From Octopus vulgaris (lineage: Eukaryota), in assembly GCA_951406725.2 (NCBI GenBank), contig OX597814.1, positions 216,008,001 through 216,072,000 of the forward strand: a DNA stretch of 64,000 nt, given 5' to 3'. Shown one piece after another: positions 1 through 13,500 of the stretch; position 1 is the first letter of the stretch, and each line of letters starts with the position of its first letter. The notes beneath the pieces are model-generated. The model was given only the letters and a program-made list of their open reading frames with translations. It was not told where the DNA came from and made no database searches. The position numbers and the translations under genes are program-made.

Positions 1-1122
1 TACCATATTGGACCGATTTCAGGGTTAGTTCATAAGAACCCTCCCTACGTCAGTGATTTATCCAACTTCGGCATATTTGGCATTAGAAATTTTTCGTTTG
101 CCCTTATTTATAAGTTGTTGATATGTATATATATATGTATGTATGTATGTATGTACGTACGAACGTACAGCAATCGATAACAATAACAATAGAGATTTTA
201 GATGTCCAAACAGGGTTATTTCTCCCCATTTATGTACCCAGCAATGTCAACAGAAACTTCCAGAATGAGTTCCATGTCAGTTGACAGATGTGTGTCATTG
301 AAACTCTGCAAGCATTTAATAGTTCCAAACACTTTGTTAGAAAAGATCTATTAAAAGCCTGACCCTTGCCAATATTTACCATTGAACTTGTTTGGGTGGC
401 ATTTTGTGGAACCCCACTCTTCTACTCACCCCATATCCATATTCACCATACACATCAAAATCTAATTCCAAAAGATGATAAAATAGTTAGTGAGAGAAGA
501 TCGTTTGAGATATCTAAATGGAGTGACCTCTGTGATGGTACCACTGCTGGTTTATCAGATTTCTATACAGTTATTAAATGTCCCTTAACCAATTTCTAGG
601 CCGTAGCAGACATTGAATATTTCAATGAGAGTTAACAACACTGTATTGATTATCTCAGTATATCTATAATTGACACACTCAGAATGGTGATTGCTAGGCC
701 TGGTGTTCGCTTGTTGATATTTCTGTCCAGTCCTGCCGACCTACCACTACACCTAGTCCTTCTTCCCCAAAACATTACCCCTCTGGAATTCTGCCCCTTC
801 TCTTATCTTTCCTGCAATATTTTCATTTACAAAGGTTCAAGAGGAACATTAATGGATGGGGACAGACCCTTCCTCCCAATCCAAATAAAAGTGTTGGTTC
901 CACAATAATAAAATACACCTGGTTTACTCTAGAGCAGAAGATGTTAGGAAGGGGACCTGGCAGTAGAAACGATGCCAAACATGGAATGTGTGGGCAACAT
1001 GGCATCCTCTCTGTGTGAGAAAGGATTCTAAACAGCAATCAATGTGGAGAGTGACTGCCCAGCTCAGGACAATAGGAAGGGCGGGTAGATGATGATGATG
1101 ATGTTGATTATAATATACTTAC

Positions 1123-1300
1123 CATTTTTACCACAATAGCTACGGTTGAATCCTGATTTATTTATTCCATCAACAGATCTTTCAGCAGTACCATGCCAAA
1201 GGCCATCAACTTCATTTGTAATGTTTGGATTTTCTACCTCAAACTTTCTTTTCAATGCTTGGTATCCATGGTATAATGTTTTATTTTGAATTCTCTCAAT
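1123..1300 (-). CDS. ART catalytic exon ([10 protein letters not shown]...LWHGT...[14 protein letters not shown])
   Basis: ctacag / gtaagt, 178 nt; NAD-binding HG motif and GFNRSY signature. Confidence 0.94.
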
Positions 1301-4103
1301 CTGTAGAAAAGAAAATTCACTTCTTTGACAAGGAAATAACGTTTGTGGTGAAAAACCCCAACCCTATCTGCTTTTTTTTTTCTTTTTTATTTGATACCAA
1401 TTTTGATTCAACTGTAAATTTTGGTAAGGCACAATAGTTTAGCTGCAAAATGGTGTTGCATGTACAATTCAATGCAAGAAGTTAAAGCAGAGGTATTTTT
1501 GTTGAGCAAAGATTTCTTGTGAATATCCAAAAACACTTAGAACAATCCCAAAATAAGTTCATACATCTTCATCATCATTGTTTAATATCCACCTTCTATG
1601 CTGGCATGGGTGGGATGGTTTGACAGGATCTGGCCAGCCAGAGGCCTGCACCAGACTTCTGTGTCTGTTTTGGCAGGCTTTATACAGCTGGATGCCCTTC
1701 CAAATGCCAACCACTTTACAGTGTGGAGTGGATGCTTTTTAAATGGCACCAGCACAGACAGGGTCACCAAGTAACTTGCAAGACAAGGATCCTTTGAGAA
1801 GGGAGGGGGCATTGGAGGAGGGGATCTTGTGTCAGATGTTGAAACCTTTCATATAATCTTTCATAGTGAGAAAGAAATAGGGGTCTTGTTGTAAGGAGGT
1901 ACAAGGTTACCTGGCTGATGCGGGGACAGATATAGATAAATCAGGAACGAGGTTAGAAACAACCGTGCTGTCGCAAAGGACATACAATGAAATTTAAATT
2001 TTTTATACAAACAAAATGTCTCTTAAAATTTTCTTAACAGCATGCCATCCAATATTGTTTATAAATAAAAGTAAAAATACTAACTTTGATTATACGACAG
2101 GAAGGCAACTTCCGACGGAAAGTGGCTTGGATGTTATCATATTCTGGTCCATTTGTTACTGGAACGATTTTAATTAATTCCTTGTCACCCATTGGTGACC
2201 ATGTATCAGGGGTCACTTCTAGAGTTCAAACAGAAATCAAATATTTCAGAATTAAAATAAAATTATGAACCCTTTTTCTGTTGAAAGTTTAGAAAAGAAA
2301 ACAAGAATATTTTGATTAATAGACAAGAAATACTGAAACACAGCACTGTAGTTTTGTAGTAGTAGTAGTAGTAGTAGTTGTAGCAGCAGCAGCAGCAGTA
2401 GTAGTAGTGGTGGTAGTAGTAGTAGCAGCAGCAGCAGCAAATGATGGCTGTCCACTTGTGACCGAGGAAGACCATTGCTGACCTTCAGTAACATTGTGTG
2501 CTCTAGGACTAACGTATATTTTGCATTTGCAGCCCCAGTGGTGGCTAATGAGCCCTGCTCTTGACAAGCATACACGACTGCAAACATTGCAAACCTAGCT
2601 TTACCCATTCACTTCACCAGCTGTGCGCTTTTGAGCAGCACACTCAAGTTCTTCATGCAGAACACGTGCTCTCTCAAAGGTGTTGACCCCACATCCTTAA
2701 CCTGCTTTGTCCTTCTGTGGCAATGACAGGTATTGCTCTCCTAGTCAGTCTCCTGCATATCACAGGTCTTTAATGAGGGCTTGACACAGTCCTTAAATTG
2801 CAGCTTTGGTTTCTGCCAGGGTCTCTTTCCATCCACAAGTTCTCCCCCCCCCCATATAGCATCTGTTTAGGGATCCTGCTATCCTTCATTCTAATAAGGA
2901 GTCCAGTCCAACGTAACCGGTGCTTGTGCACCATCACCTCAATACTCAAGATATCAGCTGTCCTTAGGACCTGTATGTCTGGAGTTTTTAAGGTCCTGCC
3001 AACATTCAGAACGTCTCTTAGACATCTCTGATGGAAGCATTCAAGGACTTTTACATGACGTTTGTAAAGGGTCCATGTCTCACATAAGTAAAGGAGTGAT
3101 GTCAGTACACATGCACGGTACACAGCAATTTTTGTTTTCCTTGTGATGCCATGCTGGGACCAGACACGAGGCTGAAGAGACCGGAAGGAATCAGTTGCTC
3201 TCTGCAGCCTGGAAGATATTTCCTCATCCAGGGAGCAAGAACGGCTGGGTATGCTGCCTAGGTAGACAAACTTGTCTACCACATTCAGTATTGTTCCTTC
3301 AACCAAGATAGCTGATACCACATATAGGTTTCCTGGTGCAGGCTGGAACATTACAAAAGTCTTGTCCAGGCTAATGCTGAGTCCACATGCCTTGCAAGAA
3401 GCAGAAATACGATTCATGAGTATTTGCATGTCATCCACTGTATGAGTGAGTAAGTCACAGTCATCTGCATAAAGGAGGTCATGATTAAGAGACCGGAAAA
3501 GTTCTGAATTGGCAGAAAATCTTGTGTCTGGACATTCTTTCTTTGCTCTGTATTGTTGTCTCACTCTTATAACAGACACAAACACTTGTTGCACGCACTG
3601 TTGTTAGTAGTTAAAACAGACACACAGACACTCTTGTCACACACGCTGAGACAAACACTCTGCTAGCACTCACACACACTCTTATTGTACACTTCTGTAA
3701 ACAAAAGTCTTTCTTTTCTCAAACAGTAGAACGGTTGTGTTTTTCTCCTTATTCTTTACTGGCACTCTTCATTCCTTCATTCCATTTATTTTGACTTATT
3801 CTTTTGTGGGACAACCATGCGGCTTTTAAAAGGAGACATTTCTGTCACCATCTCCTTTACATAGGGTCGTTCACTACAAACTCATAAAGCAAAATAAGCC
3901 GAATATGCTCATTTGTCACTTTCATTACAGCTTCGAAAAAATAATTGTTAAAATTGAACTGCACTCCTCAAAATTTGCACTAAGAATAAGGGCATGATAA
4001 AATTACTATCTGCCTTTATAGCAAGTTGATGCAGGTAGTTCATCTCGACTCTATCTGATTTTAGTTTAGGCAATTGAGAAAACCATATTATTTATGGGAT
4101 GAC

Positions 4104-4198
<95 letters not shown>

Positions 4199-7100
4199 TC
4201 ATTGTCGTCATCCTTTAACGTCCATTTTCATTGCTGGCATGGGTCAGACGATTTGTCTGATGGGTGGAAAGTCAGAAGGCTGCACCAGGCTCCAATTATA
4301 TCTGACAGAGTTTCTGCAGCTGGATGCCCTTCCTAACACCAACCACTACACGAGTGTAGTGGGTGCTTTTTACATTCCAGTGGCACAAGTGCCAATTAGG
4401 CGGTACTTGAGTGGTGCTTTTTATGTGCCACTAGCAGAGGAACCAGTCAAGCGGCACTAGCATTGACCATACTCAAATGGTGCTTTTTACATGCCACCAG
4501 CATGGGTGGCAGTCAGGCGGTACTGGCATTGGCCACAACAATGATTTCATTTAACTCAACAGGTCTTCTCAAGCACAGTTTATTGACCGATGATTGACAG
4601 GTAATCTTAAATGGGCTGGTTATGCTACACTGGCCACGGTTATGGTCTCACCTGGCTTACCAAGTCTTCTAAAGCACAGCATATCCCCAAAAATCTTGGT
4701 CACTTGTTATCGTCCCTGTGAGGCCAAACATTCAAAGGTCATGCTTCACCTCCTTATCTCAGGTCTTACTGGGTCTACCTTTTCCAAAGGTCCCTCTAAT
4801 GCTAGGGTGTGACTCCTTTTCACACAGCTGTCCTCATCTATATGTAACCCATGACCATACCAACACAATCATCTCTCTTGCACACCATATCTGATGCTTC
4901 TTATGTTAAACTTTTCTCTCAGGGCTCTCACACTCTGACATGTATGCACACTGACATTACATATCCAGTGGAGCATACTAGCTTCATTTCTTGCAAGCTT
5001 ACACATGTTTTCAGCAGTCACAGCCCATGTTTCACTGCCATGTAGCATAGCTGTTCACATACATGCATCATACAGTCTACCTTTTACTCTGAGTGAGAGG
5101 CATTTTGTCACCAGCAGAGGTAGGAGCTCTCTGAATTTTGCCAGGCTATTCTTATTTTAGCAGCTACACTCCAGGAGCATCCACCCCACCCCGCCACTAA
5201 CTTGGTCACCTAGGTAATAGAAGCTATCAGCTACTTCTAGTTTTTCTCCCTGGCATGTGACAGAAGCTGTTTTCTGTGCATTTGCTACACACAAAAACTA
5301 TCTTCTCAGTTAGCCTTCCTTTGATATTGCTGCACCTCTTATGTGTCTAAAGCTTGCACCGTGTACATCTTATGGACTTTCAACCTATACTTTTTCTACA
5401 GACCAAGCAGGGTCATCTACCTGAAGGGATTTGTGATTTGTCTGCCTTCCTACTTATTAGGACTTTGGTTTTAGCTAGGTTGACTCTAAGGCTCTTTGAT
5501 TCTAGACCTTGCTTCCACATCTGAAACTCCTCCTGTTGTTCTGATAGTGACTCAGCAATTAGTGCAAGGTCATCAGTATAGAGGAGCTCCCAGAGGCATC
5601 CTGTCTTGAATTCCTCCATTATTTCCTGGAGGACTATGATAAATAGGAGGGGGCTGAGGACTGAACCTTGGTGGACCCCTACCTCTACCCTGAATTCTTC
5701 ACTACACTCATTGCCAATCTTCACCTTAATGATAGTATCCATGTAGATAGCTCGTACAGCTCTCACTAACCATATCTATCCTGAGTTTCCACATTGACCA
5801 CCAGATAAGGGATCGGGGGACTAGCTTTAAAAGTTGAACTCCTAGCAGACTTTTCAGCTCACTCATGAAGAGGGCTCATTGGGCATGTCGTCCAAAACTA
5901 AAGGGAGCTAAATAGCATGATTATGATACATCTATAATGAGTATACGCCCTAGTAGCTTTTGATCAGAAGTTAAGGATGAATGAAAATTAATTCTAAGGT
6001 GAGGGTTGGCAACGAGTATAGTGAAGAATTCAAGATAGAAGTAGGGGTTCACCAAGGATCAGTCTTCAGTCTCCTCATTCATTATAGTCCTCCAGACAAT
6101 AACAGAGGAATTCAAGACAGGCTACCCCTGGAAGCTCCACTATGCTCATGACCTTGCTCTAATAGCCGAGAACTAGAGACAAAGTTTCGGGTGTGGAAGC
6201 AAGGTCTAGAATGGAAGGGCCTCTGGGTATACCTAGCAAAAACCAAAGTCTTAGTAAGTATGATGCATGTGTGCAAACTGCCATGCTACACGGCAGTAAA
6301 ACATGGGCCATGACTGCTGAGGACGTGTAAGCTTACAAGAAATGAAGCTCGTATGCTCCACTGGATGTGTAATGTCAGTGTGCATACACAACAGAGTGTA
6401 AGTGACCTGAGAGAAAAGTTGGACCATAAGAAGCATCAAATGTGGTGGGCAAGAGAGACGACTGTGCTGGTATGGTCATGTGTTATGTATGGATGAGGAC
6501 AGCTGTGTGGGGAAGTGCCACTCCCTAACTGTGTAAGGAACCTGTGGAAGCGGTAGACCCAGGAAGACCTGAGATGTGGCAATGACGGGAAAACAAGACC
6601 TTTGGAGATATGATGTGATTGAGAAGACCCTGCAACTAAAGTGGGATCACAGCCATGGCCAATGCCAGTGTTGCATGTCTGGCCCATTTAAGAGTACCTT
6701 TGATGTGTCGGGCAATATGATATGATGAGAAATCCTGTTGAGTGAAGTAAAACCAAAATCGTAGCTGTGGCCAGTGCCCCCTCACTCACTCCTGTTCCAG
6801 TGGTTTGTAAAATGCATCATCCAAATGTGGTCGATGCCAGGTCCACCTAACTGGCTCCCATGCTAGTGGCATGTAAAAGGCACCCACTGCACTCTCGGAG
6901 TGGTTGGCATTAGGAAGGACATCCAGCTGTAGAAGCATGCTGGCTCTCCAAACCTGTTAAACCGTCCAACCCATGCCAGTATGGAAAACAGACGTTAAAA
7001 CGATGATGATCATCATCATTATGAATCATTCTATTGTTCCAGTCCCAAGCTGAATTCCAACTGTTGGCCAATTTCTCCCAAAGTTCTTATCTCAATGTAA

Positions 7101-10100
7101 AATTAACAAAGTGAATGTCATCTATCTCCCCTCTGGATTTCTGACGTCAACTGACAAATGCCATCCAGGATGGTGTGAATCAGCCAAGCTTTACCTGCTA
7201 GAAATAACAACCTAAATGCTTTTAAAGCAGATCCCAATGCTGGATGTTCGAGAACCAAATAAATGACAGATTTTCAATCCTGAGATCATTCTAATTCCAA
7301 AAAGGTATATTTTTGAGCAATTGTAGACTGAAATACAGACAGACAGAATTTCACTTTTATTATAATAGATAAAAAAAAATCAACAAAAAATAAATGAGAA
7401 TGTCTTTATAGTAAAAATATGCACGTACCATCTTTTAGGTTTTGTTGTCTCTTCATTTTATATTTCCTCCCTCTGAGTTGAAAACTCATTTTCTTAATAT
7501 CAAATTTTATGTTTTCCCAATCAAGGGTTTTTTTCTTCTGTGAGTATGCTTTCTCAAGCTTGGCATTTACTTTGTCTTTAAACATTTGTAGGTTTGCTGG
7601 AAAATTTTCATCAAAGTAAGACCATTGTACCATTGTTTTAAGAAGAGTTTCCTCGTCAGTTTCTTTGAATCCCATTAATAATGATTGGACAGAGAGTTTG
7701 GCATCTTTTACAAGAGAACATCTGCCATAAATTGTAATTTTGTTACTGATAGAAATCTGGACTTCATGTGTTCTACTAATATCCCTTAAACTCAGCTTCT
7801 GAAAATAAAATCAACAAAATATTTCAAGGAAGAGAGAGAGAGAACACCACCACTGCCACTAATACCTGTTACCAAGAATCACTATAAATGTTCCTAACAA
7901 TCCTAAATTGACCACCATGTAGAAATACATTTTCCACAGTGGGTTGCTCTTCATTTGTTAATTTTGTTTTTGAAGACTTAATGTGAAAAATAATTTAACG
8001 TACACACTCAACTCTGAGTAAGTCTATGTGCAAATAAATATATATACATATATACTAACTTGTATTCACATTTACTAATGCTACGGTGCTTACATCATAC
8101 ACATTTATGCACATAAATCTAACTGAACAACTAGGAAGGAATTCAATATGAATGGAGGACTCCTGCCTGTGGGAGGGTTTTTGACATCTGAAGTTACTTG
8201 TTCTAGCCTGATGTAAGGAATTCTTCTTTTCCAATAGTTTAATCTGTTGTGTGCATAGGAAATAACAATAATGATACCCAACAAAACAAGGGCAATCTCA
8301 GTTATTGAATCCCTCCTTATTAACAAATTGAAACCATCCATTAACAACTGGAAGGAACTACACAAAGCACTTTGAGATTTCGCATTTGACTGGATAATAT
8401 GATGTGGATGATCAGATCGGTGGTGGAGGTAAATGTGGACTTGCAAAATAACTCTGTCACTATTCTCCCTAAAGACAACTTAACTTTGGTGTCCAAAAAT
8501 TCAACGCTTGTTTTTGAAAAACTGGACGTAAGTTTTCTGTTGGACCTAAAGCCATAGCTTTTAGCATAATTCACACAAATGCAAGAAGTCACTTAAACTA
8601 TCCCGTGATCCTTCTCAGACAAAAAAGCTGTCATCAATTAACTGTAACCAGAGTATTGGTTCATGACTATATAGGGATTTGAATGTGTTCATTAACTATG
8701 TCTTGAATTTTGTCATGAAGACATTTGTGAAATTAACTGCCATGGGTGCCCCCATGGTGCAGCCCCTTGTCTGGTGGTAAAATTTTGTCCAAATTTCATT
8801 GTGTTACTTCGTAACACAAACACCAATAACCTACAAAAAAACTATGATGGAATGCTTTTGTTTGACCGCTTTTCAAAGGCATTCATGCATGCTTCTACCC
8901 CTTCATCATGGTCAATATTCGGATATAAGGAAGAAACGTCCATGGTTATCAAAAACCACTTTTTTGACATGGATTTGGGGCCTTAAAATGATTTGTACTG
9001 ACAGAGGTGATAACTGGAAACATACAAATGCTTCTGTTCATCATTATGTCAAATGCAGTTACAGTGAATCATGATAAAAGGAAATAGCAAATGACATAGC
9101 TAAGCCGGGTCATAGTGCTAGTGCATGCATATACAGCTGCGTGCGTGTGCACATACACGCGAGTACTGTCCAAATCTCTGACCAATCACATACAGCTAGC
9201 TGGCATTCAATTGGCATATCAAGTTTCGGGCATTTTGATTGGGTTTTGGATAGAAAATTCACAAAGAAGTCACTTCTATTGATTTTTGAATGGCTTTGCA
9301 GGGTGACTGAGGAAATGTAAAGATGTGCATGACCACCTTTGGATGGTTTTCAATGACCATAGAAAGTGCAAGCTCTCTAACTGAAAAATGTTGCCGTTTA
9401 TGTTTATAAGAGATTAGCAAACAAAGTCAAACACAATACAATATGTGAGAGAAATTCTTTAGTGATTAACTAGCACTGAAATTTCTCTGGCATTTCAAAA
9501 GTGTTGCCTGAAAGATACCAGCATGTGGCAGAAAAATATCCCTGTTTCAAACAGAAATTTCCTCAGCCACCCATTCTAGCCGTTAGATAGTGTAGAAATA
9601 TAAGAGAATTATTGACCTTTATTTCTGACTCCAAGGAAACTAACATTGGAGTATCTGCATGCTGTGCCTTGAAAACCAGTCGTAAAAAAAAGGTAAGCCC
9701 TGTTCATTGTGCAACAACATGAGTCAAGGGAATTCCATCAGGAATCATAACAGAAATGTTATGATTTATACAGAAGGTGGGACATGTAGAGATTCCCATT
9801 TGGTGTATGCAGCAGGATGCATGAAACACAACTTGGTTTATGTTGGTTGTACATCAGAACAATTAAACAAAAGACTTAATGGGCACAGATATGATGTCAG
9901 GCACATTAATATTAGAGTAGCTCGACAGAACTTGCTGAACATTTCGCTTCAAGCGGCTGCAATTATGAAGAAGACTTGAAAGTGCATATTCTCAGAAAAT
10001 ATTCTGAATCTGCTTCACTTTCACTTCTCAAAATGCATGAGGAGAAATATGTTTGCGGGTTATTAACATCACGCCCTGGAGGAATGAATAAAATGACAGG

Positions 10101-10426
10101 AGAATATCATCAAATTCATACAAAACTGTTTGATTAGATAGTCTTCTTCTTTTTCCTTTTAATTTTTCATTCCTCTATTTTTCTGTCTTTTTCATTTTGT
10201 CTGTTATAAAATTGAAACTTAAAGACCGATGATGTCATTCCATCAACGTTTGGACACTGGTTGCTCTCATTCATACTTTGGATTTAGATTTCTATAATTT
10301 TGAATTTTTATCACTTTGCATTTTGAACTCAACAAAGACAGGCTTACTGTTGAAATATCCTTCAACCAATAAAAATAGCTATTGCAATTGCATCGCGCTA
10401 TTTGTCTTATCTGTTTACCTTTTAAA

Positions 10427-10465
<39 letters not shown>

Positions 10466-10490
10466 TATTAATAATAATAATGATAATGAT

Positions 10491-10552
<62 letters not shown>

Positions 10553-10557
10553 TATTG

Positions 10558-10590
<33 letters not shown>

Positions 10591-13500
10591 GAAAGTTTTG
10601 ATGGGAAGATTTTAGTTTATATACAAACAAACCTAGTTTTTCATTTTATTTATCCCAAAGGGATGAAAGGTAATGAAGACCACCACAGGGTTTGAACTCA
10701 GCATGCAAAAAGCCAAAATCCTGCAATACTGCAAGGCATTTTTACCAATGTTCTTAGAATTCTACTGGTCTGCCACCTCAAAATAATAATGATGATAATG
10801 ATGGTGGTGCTGGTGGTGATGATGATTTCTTTATTAGCCACTAGGTTCAAAGAAAGACAAAGACAATAAGAAAATGATAAACATGGTAAGGGTTTACAAA
10901 TAACAATAGAATTTGCCAAAAGGAAGGCTAACTGCTTCAAAGGCAAAGTAGGAAACTCCACTAAAACTCAATGGTCCTGACCAGCAAGGGCAAGCGCTTT
11001 CTCTCATCTATTGTTTCTCAAACAACAGGGCCATGCTCAGAGCAGGGCTGTTCACTGCATGACATTATCAACAAGAGCACTACGAGAGCACAAATTTCCA
11101 CCAAGTTAACACCAATGTCCTCTCAATGATTAACCAGAGATGGTTTTTAAAATGAGAATATCTAAAAATGAATCCAATGGCTCTCAAAAATTAAGCAAAA
11201 AAAAAAAAACCCAAAAAATAATCCAGAATCCTTGTCCGGTACCTGATCGATCCCAATGGTAGTCATGGAACGTGAAGGTGGCAGTAGAAAATTTAGTAAC
11301 AGTAAAAAATAGTATATCCTTATCTAATACAAGCCAAAGTCAACAATTTCACCATTCAAAATAGTTTCAAAGATAGGGTTAATAAAGTTCTACTCAGGAA
11401 TTTTTAAACGAATAGCATGAGACCTTTTCGTTTTCTCTTCTCTTAAATTACAGCCTACCTTTGATATTCCTGTTGTTTTAGATCGATGCATAGATGTGTG
11501 TATATATGTAAGTATACTGTAAAGCGTTAATATGTATGTATAATATATAATATATGTGAGAGAAAGTTGAGTTCTCTTTCATCCTTTATTTTGGTTGGTT
11601 CCAAAGGTCGGTTTCTTATAAAGATTCTTCATATTTCATTGGTCGCTTACTGTTGTAAGAATAGTGAATATGAAAATGCTACAAGTATAAGGTGTGTTAT
11701 GAGAAACAGCTAAGACTCTACTCCCTGGAGAGAAGATGGGAGAGGCATGCAGTAATATATATCTGGAAGATCCTGGAAGGAATTGTGCCAAATTTTGGCA
11801 CTGACAGCTACAGCAATGCCAGAACGGGACGACGCTGCATAGTGCCAAAGATCCCAGCAATGCCATCACGCTTCAGGACCAGTTACTGCAACAGCCTGGG
11901 TTTCAAGGGCCCACAGCTTTTCAATATTCTCTCAAAGAGTCTGAAGAACTTGCACAAAGTAGATGTAGCAGTTTTTAAATCAAAGCTGGACATCTTCCTG
12001 TCGAGAGTCCCAGATGAACCTACCTCACAGCAAGAGGTGCAAATGAGAGTAGCTATATCAAACTCCATTCTTCACCAAGTGCCACATATTAGAGGAGGCT
12101 CTTAGTAATAACAGTGTAGCACAAAACAGCGGTGCATCAGCATGGCCGCAGCTCTGAGCTGAAACTAAAAAAAGAAAAAAAAAAGAGTTTATAGAACAAA
12201 TATCCTATACTGTTAAAGATGGAGAAAAGAAGATGTTAAAAGTTTGAAAAGAATTTAATCCATGCATGCGATTGTTTCAAACAGAAGCATAAACATGTCA
12301 ATAACATAATAGGAAAATTAGAAATCAATGTAATTATAATTTTCTTATATTCACGTTCACATTACCTTATATTAGTTAGAAAATTACTTATAAAATATTA
12401 CTATAGATTTTTCACCTCCTTTATGCCAAACTAGATTCTCGACTCATATTGAAATTTTTAATATTTATACAAAGACATAGTCAACCTACAAAATATAGAA
12501 ACGTACAATTTTTTAAAATAACACTTTTACGACTTGGTCTCAGCCGTATTTCCCATACATTGTTATTTTTTCTCAACCTCTCAAAAACACTTGATTATCA
12601 TCGAACGGTTTTTTCAATATTCTTAACCACAGCAAGTAATTTCTTTCTTTATTCTGTAATATTAACAACTATTCTTCTATCTTTATCTTATATTTATTTC
12701 ACACAAACAAATATTAGTTTTTTCACTAAAAAAACTTTCCCTATTGTATTAGCTATTGATTGTGGAGGCACGTGGCTTAGTGATTAGGGTGTCAGCATCA
12801 TGATTGTAAGATTGTGGTTTCGATTCCTGGACCGGGCGACGCATTGTGTTCTTGAGCAAAACACTTCATTTCACGTTGTTCCAGTCCACTCAGCTGGCAA
12901 AAATGAGTAACGCTATGATGGACTGGCGTCCCATCCAGCTGGGGAACACATATGCCATAGAAACCAGGAAACCGGGCCCATGAACCTGGTTAGGCTTTAA
13001 AAAGGGCACATGTATTTTATTAGCTATTAATTACTCTGTCGCAACTCCGTATATATTTTTTGTTTATAATTCAAGTAGCTTAAATAAAACTGTATTAACT
13101 ATTTCCTATTTCTTATTCTCAAACAAGAATTTTTAAAAAAATAATTTCTTTAAATATACACCATACTTAATATTTCTTACCACTTATAACTGTCAAATCA
13201 GATATTAATTTAAATACAGCTATGCTGTCCCATTTGATGCTTATATATATATATATATTACTTCTTATGATAAATGCCTTATATTTATATCGAGTGTATA
13301 TCACTTAATTACTTATTATTATATAGAGAAAATGTTTCTTAAACATCTTACACTTGTATTTTAAAGTAACCATTAGCTGCATCAGTTTTAGTTCATACAC
13401 AACTATGACTCAATAACACTATCTTAGCATATATAATAAGTATATCCGAATATGTTATGTGCTATTCACTCCATCAAGTCTTCTGTGACAATAATAAAAT

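Noticed and set aside
1-1122. Next ART exon (YG.G.YFA motif)
   Set aside because: No such motif with splice sites found on the minus strand; it presumably lies beyond the window
10278-10695. Poly-N/I/L ORFs (also poly-H at 22081, poly-IY at 4074, poly-T/A at 2316)
   Set aside because: Translations of microsatellites
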